From Vicugna vicugna (lineage: Eukaryota), in NCBI GenBank assembly GCA_013265495.1, contig MU058037.1, positions 869,498-933,497 of the forward strand: DNA of 64,000 nucleotides, in the 5' to 3' direction. Shown piece after piece: positions 37,671-50,300 of this stretch. Under the pieces are notes generated by a model. It had not been told where the DNA came from. It ran no database searches and saw nothing but the letters and a program-made list of their open reading frames with translations. Within the stretch, counting starts at the first letter, position 1; every line of letters begins with the position of its first letter. Made by a program: the position numbers and the translations under genes.

Positions 37671-38864
37671 TTTAAAAGAACAAAAACTTTAAGGCAACCA
37701 CTAAAAAGTTTTTTTCAAGTATCAATTGCTACACTAACAGAAGAGACAGAAACTGAATTCTATAAAATGCTCAATTAAAACCAGAAAAGGGAAGAACAAG
37801 AAACCTTTGGTAATAAGCAAAAAACAGTTGCAAACATACATGGTATTAACCCAAATATACTAATAATTACTGAAATGTGAATGGTCTAAACACAACAATT
37901 AAAAGATTGCCATACTAGAAACAAAGTAAGACCCAATTATGTATCGTCTACAAGAAAACCACTTTCTAAAAATAGACTGAAAGGATAAAGGTAAAGGGAT
38001 AGAGAAAGACGTACCATGCTACCACTAATTTAAAAAAAATGTTGGAGTAGCTTTGTTCATTTCAGATGAAGAAAATTTCAGAACAAGAGAAAATATCAGG
38101 GATAAAAAGAGGAACTACATAACAATAAAAGGATTAATTCCCTAAGAAGATGTACCATTCCTAAATATGTGTGTACCTAACAATAAAACATCAAAATACA
38201 CGAAACAAAACCTGATAGAACTGGAAGGATAAAGCGAGAAATCCACTACTATAGTTGGCCACTTCAGCCCCTGCCACCCACCATCAGTAACTGCTAGATC
38301 AAGTAGGCAGAAAAACCAGTAAGGATATAGCTGAGTCGAATGGTACTGTCAATCAACATAATCTAATTGACAGCTATAGAAGACTACCCAACAACAGCAA
38401 AATACACATTCTTCTCAAGCTTGCATGGAACATTCACCAAGATAGACCTCATTCTGGGCCATATAACCTACTTTAACAAATTTAAAAGAATAAGTCATAC
38501 AAAGTATGTTCTCAGACCACAATGAAATTAAACTAGAAATCAGCAACAGAAAGATAGCTGGAAAAATTGTCACATATTTGGAAGTTAAACAGCATACTTC
38601 TGAATATCACATGGGTCACAAGAGTCTCAAGAGAAATTGTAAAATATTTATAACTAAAGTAAAATTAAAGTACAACTTAGCAAAATTTGTGGGATGTGGC
38701 AAAAACAGGGCTTCAAAGGAAGTTTATACCTTTACATGCATATATTAGAAAAGAAAAAATACCCAAAATCAATAATCTAAGCTTCCACCCTGGGAAACTA
38801 GAGATGTAAGAGCAATTTATGCCTACAGCAAGTAGAAGACAACAAGTAATAAAAATTAGAGCAG

Positions 38865-39003
38865 GGGGAGGGTATAGCTCAGTGGTAGAGCAGGTGCCTA
38901 GCATGCAGAAGGTCCTGAGTTGAAATCCCCAGTGCCTCCATTCAAATAAATTAATTAAATTTAAAAATCTAATTACCTTCCCCACCCCTCAAAAAAGACA
39001 TTA
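38865..39003 (+). mobile_element. Full-length camelid tRNA-derived SINE (vic-1 type) with 14-bp TSD
   Basis: ggggagggtatagctcagtggtagagc (A box)...gttgaaatcccc (degenerate B box)...ctaattacc; TSD aaaaattagagcag at 38851-38864 and 39004-39017. Confidence 0.92.
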
Positions 39004-42000
39004 AAAAATTAGAGCAGAAGTCAATGAAATTGAAAATAGGAAAACAGATAAAAATCAACAAAACTAAAAGCTGGTTCTTCGAAAAAAATTTTTAAACTGA
39101 TAACCCCCTGGCCAAACTGACCAAGAAAAAAAGAGAGAAGACACAAGTTACCAGTATTAGGAATCTACAGACATAAAAGGAAATTTAGGAATACTGTGAA
39201 CAACTGTATGTCCACAAATTTAATGATTTAGATTAAATGAACCAATTCCTTGAAACATACAAACTACCAAAACTCAAACAAGGAGAAATAGATATAGGGC
39301 TATTTAGATTCATCATTAAAGCAAGTGAATGAATAAAATAACCTTCCAAAAAAGAAATCACTAAGCCCAAATGGTTTCACTGGTAATTCTACCCAACATT
39401 TGAGGAAGAAATTATACCAGTATTTCCCAATCTTTCCTAGAAAGCAGAGGGAACACTTCCTAACTCATTCTATGAGGCCATCATTACCCTTGTAACAAAA
39501 CAAGATGACATTACAAGAAAGCTACGAACCAGTATCTCTCATTAACATACCTGCAAAAATCCTCAACAAACTATTAGTGAATGAAATCCAAAAATAACTA
39601 TGCGCCGCATTCAAGTGTGATTTATGCCAGATGTGCAAGACTGGTTCAATATTCAAAAGAAATCAACCTAACCCATTACATGAGCCTGGTGTATTTCATA
39701 GTGCCAACATATTAAAAAGTGCTCAAAAACAAAAACAAACTCCACACAGTCCCAACAACGAACTAGAACAATCTGAGCAAAAAAATAAAGTAGTCCTTGA
39801 TTTATAACCCCAACTGTAATAGAAACATCTATGAATCTACACTGATATGAATAAATGATTTAATAAATAAATGGGGAATAATATACCGAGGAGAAGAGTT
39901 CCAAATAGTTTATGTAGATATACTGCCCTTAAGGAAGTGGACGATAACTCCTCACTCTTTAAGTGTGTGTTACTCATGATGACTTTCTTCCAAAGAGGAT
40001 AACATGGAAAGAGGGAGAAAAGGGTACCTTTACAATGGAGAAAGCTGACTGTCACTCCCTTAGCCAGGTGGTCAACGTCACCATTAGCAGTGATCAGTCA
40101 CATTGAGAGTATGTACTTGCGACATAATGTGATGAAAACGGCACTTCACCTCTGTGATCTTCCATCCAAAACCACATTAACCCACTATAATCATGATAAA
40201 AACATCAAAGAAACTCAAATTGAGGAACAGTCTCCAAAATACCTGACCAATAACCCTAAACATTGGCAAGCTCACCAAAAATAAGGAAAGTCTGGAAAAC
40301 CCTGACAACCTAGAGGAGGCTAAGGAGACATAGCAAGTAAACGTAATGTGCCATCCTGGAAGGGATCCTGGAACAGAAGATGGACATTAGAGAAAAACTG
40401 AGGGAATCTGAATAAAATGTTGGAATTCAGTTAATCATCATGTATTAATGGTTTATTAATGGACAATGTACCCTATTAGTGTAAGATGTTAGCAGGTAAA
40501 ACTGGATTTGGATATGTGAGAACTCTCTGCAATCTTTAATCTCTATCTTTGCAATAATTCTGTAAATCTGAAATGGCTCTAAAATTAAAAGTTTACCTTA
40601 AAAATGACCACTGCGGTTTTAAAATTACCATAGCATGCCAAAAGATTTTTCAGGGTGAGCAACACAGGCAGAACCATCTGTCCTGGTCCCCTCTCCTAAT
40701 GTTCGTGTACACAGACACATTTGCCCAGCTGAGCAATTCGTGTATCAGCCCCACATTAATAGACACCGCTTCACCAGCTGTTTCAATTTCTAAGAAAATA
40801 GATCAGTTCAACTTGTAGACATCCCAGACAGGCACCACACTCACACCTGTGCACACACACACGTGCTGCACTTGTATGTGCCAGATTGACAGATGATTAA
40901 GTGATCATTATCCGGTTATGAAAAATTAAAATAGAAGGATAACAGACAAAACCTGACTATTCTGTTCTACCTTTGAATTGTACTGCTTTGGGCCAAGCAC
41001 TGTTACAGCACACCTTGGTTCGCGCGCTTTCCTTTCCCTGCGATTCCTACTAGGCTGCTTACTGATGGACAGTCTGGCCCAAGCAAGGGAGAGACAAGAG
41101 AAGCCTCAGGAGAGGGAAAACCCAGAACCTGAGTCCAAGCCCCGAAATAATTAGCTATAGAGGCTCCACTGCCTCTCTGTCATCTGACTGTTAAGTGAGA
41201 ATCCTGTTCTTCATCACAAATTTCCTTCTGTCTTGGCTTCGCGTTTTACAAACGACTGGCACTTTTAAACTATGAGAATGGTTTACCTTTCTGGCTGAAC
41301 AGTCTCTCAAAAATCATTTTATTAGGGGGAAAAAACAGGGCCAGCAGCTCAGTGAGTTCTCTCTTGGCAGCATATCTTTTTATTTTTGAATTTCATTGTG
41401 ACTTGTTTGCTTGTCCCTCTGCCACCGTCTAGTCTAACATCCTAATAACAGCCTGTAACTTGTAATTTGGATTTTCAAAGCTGTATTTTTCAGGCATGTT
41501 CTTTCTGTCCAAATCAAAGACACCATTTTAGTGTCAGACGGACGGACAATGAGAGAAAACATGAGCGGGCACGTACATATACACACATTCACACGCATGC
41601 ACACACACGCACACAATTTCCAGTCAAAGTCTTGCCTGAGTTGTAGCTCAAATATTTTTTGTTTTTCTCTTTCCTCTGTTTCTGAGCATCTAGCTTCCTG
41701 GGCTATAAAGGAAGTTTGGGGTTTGGGTTATTTTTATTATTCAATGACCTTAAGTAGAGTTCGGACCATTATATTTTTAAATCAATATTGAAGATTCTCC
41801 TATCAAAGATACAGAGATTTTTGCAAATAAAAGCATTCTGACCTTCAAGAACATTTAATTTAAGCACGCAAGCATCTTGTATTATTGCTTGAGTCTTTAT
41901 ATTTTGAACTTTCTTCATCTGTTCTGTGCTCTATGTCAATAGTGATTAAGTTAGTAAAACTTACTGTGCTCAGACTGTCTTCCAATATGAAGAAGAATTT

Positions 42001-43064
42001 TTTTTTACATATCTCCACCCAGTTACTTCTTCCCACAAATGTTCCCGCCTCTTAAATAGAAATATTGTTTACAGACACCTCCAAGGGAAATTTAGTGTAT
42101 CTTTTCAACTGCTGATATTCTAGAGCTGTAAGTGACTAAAAATAATTAGCCCAACACTTCATTTTAAATATAAATAATAATTTGTAAAAACAAGAAGCTA
42201 TCATTATTAGCTAACACATGCCATGGTATAGCTTATCTTATTCTTTAAGTTTGTGACTCTGCTCAAATTCAGATACTTACACGAGGCAACATAATCGATA
42301 AGATTCCTACTAACAATGGAGTTATACTATTTTTAATACATGATTATGTACCAAGAAATGACAATTAGCAAATTAAACAATTGTGCTGTTATAAGAATTA
42401 AATACCCTAATTTAGTTGTTCCATTAATTTTTACCTTAATTTCTAGCTGATGCTAGTGACTAGAAAGTAAAGTTACTTGGTTATCACAAATATACTTAAA
42501 TTTACATTTCACAAGTTTCACTCATCATAAACTATATTCTTTAGGTGAATATATGTACACATTTTTATCTTACCTTGATCCAAAAAGGACTTCAAGCCAT
42601 TTACAGACGTTCCTGTAATGTAGCAAAATAAAATCCCATTAAAATTTTAAAAACATATGAACCAAAAGATAACTCATCACAGGAAACTAATACAAAGCAA
42701 TTAATAAGGTTGGAACACATTGATGTTCATGCCAAAGGTAGCCCAATACTTTTGGATCTAAGCTTGCCAACTACCAATAGGAATATAGATCCAATTTCAA
42801 GTTTTATAGAACGTATGAAGAAAAAATAAACTAGTTGCTCATGAAAAGCACTACTGCTGAGACCAGAAGACAAACTATCTCCCAGTACTGTCTCAGAAAG
42901 ATCAGAGTTTAATTCTATTCACAGAAATAGCTATATGATAATCAGTGAAAAGTTTCACAGAGCTTTGATTTTTTTTAAACAAATTAATACTAGCTAGGAT
43001 TCTATTAGGTTGACTATATAATTGATTCCAGTACTCAGTTCTCTGGGTTGTCAATTAGTACACT

Positions 43065-43280
43065 TCAGAGTTTCTAGCAATGGTACCTAACCAGGGGTGG
43101 TAGGGCTTTGGAAGCATGGGACGGCAACTGTTAGTTCTCATAATGATGGGAGGTGGGCATCATTGACATTTGGTGAGCAAGGTCTGGGGATTTTAACATA
43201 CTACAATGCATAGGAAAGTCACACACAATAAAGAATTCTAATGTCCCAAATGACAACTGCAGCCTCACTGAGAATTACTA
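43065..43280. mobile_element. MER20-like hAT MITE
   Basis: tgacatttggtgagcaagg...ctacaatgcatagga...cacaataaagaattc...cccaaatgacaactgcagcctcactgagaa. Confidence 0.7.
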
Positions 43281-43825
43281 AGAGAAATGAATGGATTTCA
43301 TGTTTTTCAAATAATCCCTCTACAGATACTGTTTCTCTTGGACAAGCTATTAAAAAGTATTGCCTGGCATTGAACTCAAAATTATACTACCTGGCAAGTA
43401 CTCAAAACATTTTTTAAGCTAATACCTCTGACCATGGCATAAAGTCTTACTTAAATAACAATTTTCCTATGGATGGGTATTTATCCATAAAGAGGCAAGA
43501 CAATAAAATAGATTTGTTTCTCTTTCCTCTTACAGTAGCCACAAGTCAATGACTGAGAATAGCCATCATGCTATCTGTACTATGTACATATTATATATAT
43601 TTTGCATATGGGGTTCATACATGAGTAATAGTTCTTTCTGATTCTTGGATAAACCTGGAACTGGTATTTTCATACATGACTTTCTTCATTAGTCTAACAC
43701 CAAAACCTGGTATAATGATTCTGGCCTTATCTTTCAACCCATACCAAGTTCATTCATAAAAGATCTCTTCATTTCAAATTCCTCAACACCAGGCGGGGCA
43801 CTCTCATTTGTTTCTATAGTTCTAG

Positions 43826-43849
43826 TACTATTACTATTACTATTACTAT

Positions 43850-43900
<51 letters not shown>
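43826..43900. repeat. Compound microsatellite (TACTAT)4(TAC)17
   Basis: read and counted directly. Confidence 0.95.
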
Positions 43901-43901
<1 letters not shown>

Positions 43902-45189
43902 GGCTTTAAAATGTTATTTACTACATTATCAAAACATTTCTTCTGTCTTCAATATGGGGTCTATATCAAAATAAGATATTTTGATGAATAAATCATTATG
44001 TTCTTCATTCCAAGAAATTGCCTTTTTTTTTTTAATTATCACTCCCCACACCCAACCCAGTGGTCAACCCATCATGGCCACCGAAGCTTTGCGGGAATAT
44101 AACACAGACAAATGCAGAGAATTCAGTCAAATTTTTGGTTTTCAAACTCATGACAGAGAAATCATTTCAAAATTCAAAATGTTTGATAAGCAAGAGCTAG
44201 GAATTTTGGAATTCAAAAGGCAAACCTAGAAGAAACAAGATGCAAAGTTTATGCCTGAATCAAAAGAGAATGGAGAAAAAGCCAGATTATTTATTCCAAG
44301 GATAAAACAAAGGCTGCCAGGGCAAAGGTAGGAAGAAAGAAACATTACCCAGGAGTAAGGCTGGTTGGAAAGTGGGTAAAAGGACTAGACTTCATGTAAC
44401 CACAAGGAAAGGAGCTGAATCAGCACTTGAGAAATAGCATGGCCTCTGCTCAAGCAAGAGCCACCCATTACAAGAACCAGGGAGCCATAAAGAAGCTAAG
44501 CCAGTCCCCAAAACTGTCCAAGAAAGGCACAGGAGAATCCCCCACTTCACCACTGCACCCAGGAGTTCTAATGATCCCACTGGATGCCAAGCAGCAAGGA
44601 CCTCCCATTAACAGCAGCCTGTACACCATTCATTGATGAGCAAGAACTAGATAATGCCTGTATCCCAAGAACTGTTTTTGGACCCATCCACATGGACAAC
44701 TGTCCTATCAGGAACTTAGTTGAATCATCACCCTCCCAGCAAAGGGGGGCTTTGGGCAACCAGAGGCAAAATGGAGACATAAAAATGAGAGAACACAACA
44801 CTTAAGTTTGCATGGAATTCAATCCAGCCTGAGATCTTTGTTGGGCCCTGCTTTACAATATCCCACAGTTCTGCTGCTACTACTATCATATGTACAACTT
44901 ACCTGAGTGCCTATTACCTTAATACTACTAAGTATAAGATCAGAAGATTTCAACATGCTTAGAAGTACAGTGTTAAGACATATAAAAATGGAGTTGTTCT
45001 GTGGAAGTAGGGCCAGAGGGGCTTCAGAGCCCTTGTTGTTGGGCCTCTTACCACAGCCACCCTCACTGCCAGCTCAAGTGACCCCTGTTATCTTCCTATG
45101 AAAACATACTTTGTAATATTCTTCTAGAATTTTCTGGGGAGGATTTGGTTTTGTCTCATAATGGACAATGATACTTCCTAAATGTAAGG

Positions 45190-45350
45190 CTGCATTCCCA
45201 CTGCATCAGAATCATCTGGAAAGTATTTGTTTATGTCTTTATTGCCCCTACTCTGAAGACTGTGACCCACAGATCTGAGATAGGATAGAGAAATCTGTTT
45301 TGAACAAGCTTCCCAGGTGACACAGACATTCAGATGGGTTTCCAGCCAGC
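45190..45350. mobile_element. MER5-like MITE
   Basis: ctgcatcagaatcatctggaa...aaatctgttttgaacaagcttcccaggtga. Confidence 0.65.
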
Positions 45351-46199
45351 TCAGATAAAGCTCACAGGTGGTGCTGTTAAAATCCTTCAAAGACTCAAAT
45401 AGCACCAACGCCTCATTGACCTTCTCTGGAGATGCTGACTTAATGCTTTATCTGATCAACTCCCAAGTGACTCTTCAGCCTCCTTGTTGTGATTTATTCG
45501 GAAGCTAAGTTTTCAACTAAGGAGCAGACATGATTCCATGTCGTCCTCCACCTATATTTTCAAATTGACTCCACGGTATGTTTCTATCTCATTTTTCATT
45601 TCAGTCTGCAGGCAATATACATTTATGTTGCACTGGAACAAAAGGCTTTTTCCTATATCTGTCCCTACATCATCAGTATCCACTGAAGTTTTTGTGAGAG
45701 TGAAGATTAGTACAAGGAAGTTCTGTAAATGAAATAATGCTGACGAGCTTCTCTGAAGCCTCCTTTTAATGTGTTTTTTTTTTCAAAGAGGTTATGGTTT
45801 GAAGCAGGCTTTGAACTAAATGAACCCATTAATCAGGCACTAAAACGCTGCTACAGCAGTTTAAAACTATATCAATGAAAGTGTATTCTGGAAACCTTTT
45901 GCCAAAACTGTCCAGCTTGATTGATTGTTTTATATATACATGTATCTTTTGTTCCCATAGTGCTGCTGTGTTCCTGAGTATAGGCAATATTTAATGTTCA
46001 TAGGGCAGAAGAAGAAAAATAACACAACCACAAATATCCAGTCTTTATATGAATGCTCGTATGGTAAACAGTGAAAGGAGATGCATTTAGGCTGCACACA
46101 CCTCAACCACAATAGCAAAGCAAGTGAAGATTGTCTTTGGCCACTGCTTTTGCTTCTTATTACCCCATCAATCTTTTCCTGCCCCATGGTTCACAACTA

Positions 46200-46482
46200 C
46201 CCATCCCAACAAAGGCAATCTCCTGAGTTCAGCATCCTTGCCTTCTAGAAGCTTTCTCCAACCACCTTATCTAAGAGGGCAACCCCCTTCCCTAGCACTG
46301 TAACACTGTCAGTTCTGACAATCTGTTCCATCTTCTTCACAGCACTGATCACCTTTTGTTTAGTGTTGCTCTCCTCCACTGGAATGGAAAATTTGAGAGC
46401 AGGACCCCGTCTGTCTTGTCCTCACAAGTTAAGCAGAGCCAAGCTCAGCACATCACAGGCACTCAAGAAATATTTGTTGAAC
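46200..46482 (+). mobile_element. L2 3' region
   Basis: gagagcaggaccccgtctgtcttgtcc...ggcactcaagaaatatttgttgaa. Confidence 0.75.
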
Positions 46483-47054
46483 TTAATAGAAGGAACACGA
46501 ACTACTGAAAATCAATTGGCCAAATATCTGCTCTCCAAAAGGCTAAATAGAAGTTGATTTGCTATTTGAAAATTTGATGAAAAAAAAATTCTTAAAATGC
46601 TAGAACAGGCATAAAAGAGAAAACAACACACCAGAGGATCCGAAGGAATTTCATATAAACTGAAAAAAAAATCCTACTTGAACTTCTGAAATGTTGTATA
46701 AGGAAAAAATACCTTTCTAGTTATTAAATATCTTTGTAAAATTATCAAACTGCTGTATCAGTCTTGGTTTGCAACACTTTGACTAGTCTTCCAAATGCTG
46801 CTATAAAGACAAAAATGAAAGCTAGTCAAGTAAAAAAAACTTCACAGAAATCTCCCAAAGCTCTTAGGACCATTCAGAGTCAAATGCAGTGAGTTTCATA
46901 AAGATTTAATATGGGGAAGTTAATTTTTAAGTAAACTGATGAATTTGATAAGTTAGGCTAATTGTTCACTTGAAAAATATTGTTATTTAACAAATCAACT
47001 ATTCCGCCTATTGATTTTAGCTATTTAGCTACAACCTTATTTTGGACCTAGAAC

Positions 47055-47190
47055 TGTATTATTCCCACCTTACAGTGGATGAACCTGAGGTCCACCAGCT
47101 TGCCCAAGGACACCCCAGCAGTAAATGGTGGAGCTGGCCTTCAGACTCGTCTTTCAAAATGTGGAGTCTGAGCCTTCAACACCAAGCGGT
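47055..47190 (-). mobile_element. MIR fragment
   Basis: ttacagtggatgaacctgagg...cttgcccaaggacaccccagcagtaaatggtggagctgg. Confidence 0.75.
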
Positions 47191-49679
47191 ACTGTCTACC
47201 CCCAAGACCCTCAGCAGTCTAGAATTTAATATCTAAGGTTTCAAAACTTCTAGAATACTTCTGTAGGACAGAGATATGTAGTTACTTATAATTTGCATAC
47301 GGCAGGAATTTGAATCAAGGCTGCTTAGTGAGCACGTATGGCAGGCTGTGGACGTATCTGAATGCTTATGAAGCTATTATTTTCTGCTCAAGGTTACTTG
47401 GTCACTCTCAGGAGTCTGAAATTTACTAGGAAAAGTGCATGCTACAGATGAGAGGTATTTACAAATCTGGGCTATGTTCAGCACCTAGTGAAAGTCAACT
47501 TCAAGGTCCTCACAGAAATAGAATATACCTTATGATGGCAGCCTTGGGTATTCATGAATTTTCTGCACTTTCCCACACTGGCCTCTTTATTTTTCTGAAC
47601 AATATGGTAAACAGGGCCACTGGCTGAGAAAAAGAGCAGGTGAGTACTGCATGAGACGAACTGGAGACAAAGATTATTTCTGCACATGTCACAGACTAGT
47701 CATTTCTCTGCACCAAGCTTTGTAAACATTCAAGAATCTCCTGAGATTCTTAAGCCTCACATAGGTTATTTTTGTTTGTTTTTGTTTGCACTTTTTAAAA
47801 GATAGTAATTCAGTTCTCTCTCATTTCATAGATTTAAACTCAAGTCCCCAAATTTTTAATTTTTCTCAAGGTCACTGACCTGGTCACTGGTGGAGTATGG
47901 ATGTGAAACTAAGTCTCAGTTTTCCCATGCCAGAGTTCTCTTCTATTATCAATGGTTTTTCAAACATTTTTTTTTAAATGGAACCATTTTTCCTCTGAAC
48001 CGAATCTTACATAACCTCAGTATACGTAACTGATAAAGGCTGCATTTTATTAGTATAAAATTATTGATGGGTATTATATGCAGCGTTTACTTATAACATC
48101 AATCGAAGAGAAACATGAGATTTTTGAAAACATTTGAAATAGGGGATTAAGGATGCCAACAAATCTGTCTCAGCATCCAATTTTTCTTTTTATTTTATTA
48201 CACAGTACCAAGAAAATCCTGACTCACTCAGAAAAGTAATTGCAAATGATAACAGTTTTTAATAACTCCCCTTGCAACCTCAGAATGCTCTTGAATCAAA
48301 CTTTGCTCTTGAACCAAACTCTTGAAAAGGCTGGGGAACACCATGCCTGGAAAAGAGTTTGGAAACCGCTGCAATTAAACTACATTCCTTTTCCATCTTT
48401 TCCACAATATCCCTGCCAATGACTATTCAGTTCAATAGCAGAAGTCATCAACAGACTAAATGCTGACTGAGGACGGTTTGGGGGGAAAAAAAAAAAACAG
48501 AGCCTGTAGAAAGATGGAAAAAGGAAAAGGGAAAAGCAAAGAGTTCAGTTTCATTCTAGTGCAATTCACTGGAAATTAATTCAACAAATGAGCAGTTTGC
48601 CAAATGACTAGTTAATCAAATTTATTGATTTGCCCAAAAAAAAAAAAAAACCTGTTTCTTAAGACTTTCTAGTTCAGGGCATTTGGTATTGAATGTGATG
48701 CTTTCAACAGCATTCTGAAGGCCTTTGCTAAATTTCAGTTGAGTGGTTTTCATTTTGCTTTCAGAGCAGCATTTTAAGGAAAGTACAATTGACTTTGCTC
48801 TATCAACCTACAACTCAACAGCAGGGAGGGAGACCTCGAGCCTGCAAAAATCACTCCTGGCCTGTCCACCCCAGAGAGGGGTTACTAATGGGCCGAGAAT
48901 GAGGAGACTAAGGGGCAGATGGAGAAAAGGTGAGGGGCAGAGAGCATGCAGAGCACGAGGACTACGTGACAGTGGGAGGGAAGAGCAAAAGGGAGGGTCG
49001 GGGTGGGCAGAATCCAAAGGCCCCAGAATCCAGGAAAGTCCTGGCTCTTCACAGCTCTCCTTGCTAGTTCCTCCAGTATCAATGGATGTAGACTTTGTTA
49101 AGAAATTAGGTTTCAGAAATGGGTAAAATTGCTGAGTATAAGACATGCATTCTTAAACTACTTGGAGAAAAATTAAGAGATTATCAAATCCTCCTCCCTC
49201 AAAAAAAAATACATATACACATACACACACACAGAAAGTATATACCACTGGAAGTGTGGAAATTCAGCCGGGAATGAGAAAGCAACTTTCTCACAAATCC
49301 GACTAGAGGCAAACCCTGGATTAAAACCAGATCTGATTCTCAGACTAATGCCTTTCCTATTGCTTTCTATAGCTTTTTAAGGTGAATATGCCTGTCTGGA
49401 CATTTGCCTCTGTTGGCTCTTAGAGATTTCTCCCCAAAATAATACCAAAGTAAAGTAAAACGAAATTACATTTCACAAGTTAATTTCCTATTCTTTTTAA
49501 GTGACTAAATTAATAGGCTAAAGTTTCAATCGGTCCAAAAGACATAACCCTCGTAAAAATGAAGTCCTTCTTAAACGCCAATTTAGTCATCAGGTCTGAG
49601 ATACTTTTGTTTAAACCTGCCTAATTTTTAGAGGTTTAGACATAGTTAAGCTTTTTCCCATTCTTTGAAGACTTCCTGC

Positions 49680-50300
49680 AAATGAGACATGCAGCCATTT
49701 TATAAAAATGATAAATTGGCCTGTTGCAAGTAGCCCAGCATCCTATTCCTCATGTCTGTTTCTCCTCTCACACTGTATCACTTCCTGGAAGTATTAATAG
49801 TTGCATTTCATTTTCCTATATAAATATTTAAGGACTGTAATTCTGCCCAGTTGACATTGGCAGTGCCTGTGCACGGTGATGTTTCATTATCCGCTCCTCG
49901 TATCAACATGATCTTGTCAAACTTTGTTTCCAATAAATAGGGCAGGCTGTATTTGGAATATTTTAATAACCGAGCAGAGTCATATTGCTTTCAATCATGG
50001 CCTGCTTACAAATCCCCAGCTAAGAGGTGCAGTTACATGGAACAATAACCCATGAGCAGCGTGCCAATATATTTTCATTAGTCAATGACACCCAGCTGCA
50101 GAGAGAAATTAGGCTGTGTCCTTTAAACCTCATCGTTCCCTTGTGGCAGAACCACAGCAGGCCGATTGGCTTCACCAAACCTTCCTGCCATTGTTCAGTG
50201 AATGCTCCAGCTGGGTTGTGTTCATCATAAACCCGAAGTCTGCAATTTTTCAATTCCATATTAGGCTCGGATTCAAAGCCTATTGTTCTGCCATGACTGG
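49680..50300. promoter_or_regulatory. Repeat-free enhancer-like block (candidate conserved non-coding element)
   Basis: no repeat recognised; homeodomain/TALE/NFI-like words: tttataaaa, tgaca/tgtca, ttggc, ccaataaa, tgccaa, cagctg; conservation not testable here. Confidence 0.35.

Larger units (their letters stand above)
35165..40590 (+). mobile_element. Old L1 (L1MC/L1MD-like): 5'UTR, ORF1, ORF2 endonuclease region and 3'UTR, with an internal deletion and three nested younger insertions
   Basis: ORF1p remnants (EMLEIRTTAKEMNDAF; MAENFPKLM); ORF2 EN remnants (aatgtgaatggtctaaacacaacaattaaaaga; MFSDHNEIKLEISNRK); 3'UTR ccatcctggaagggatcctggaacagaa...gtaaatctgaaatggctctaaaattaaaagttt. Confidence 0.9.

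Noticed and set aside
38865..38940. tRNA gene
   Set aside because: The tRNA-like head continues into a SINE body and A-rich tail with a TSD, the B box is degenerate, and two more copies occur in the window.
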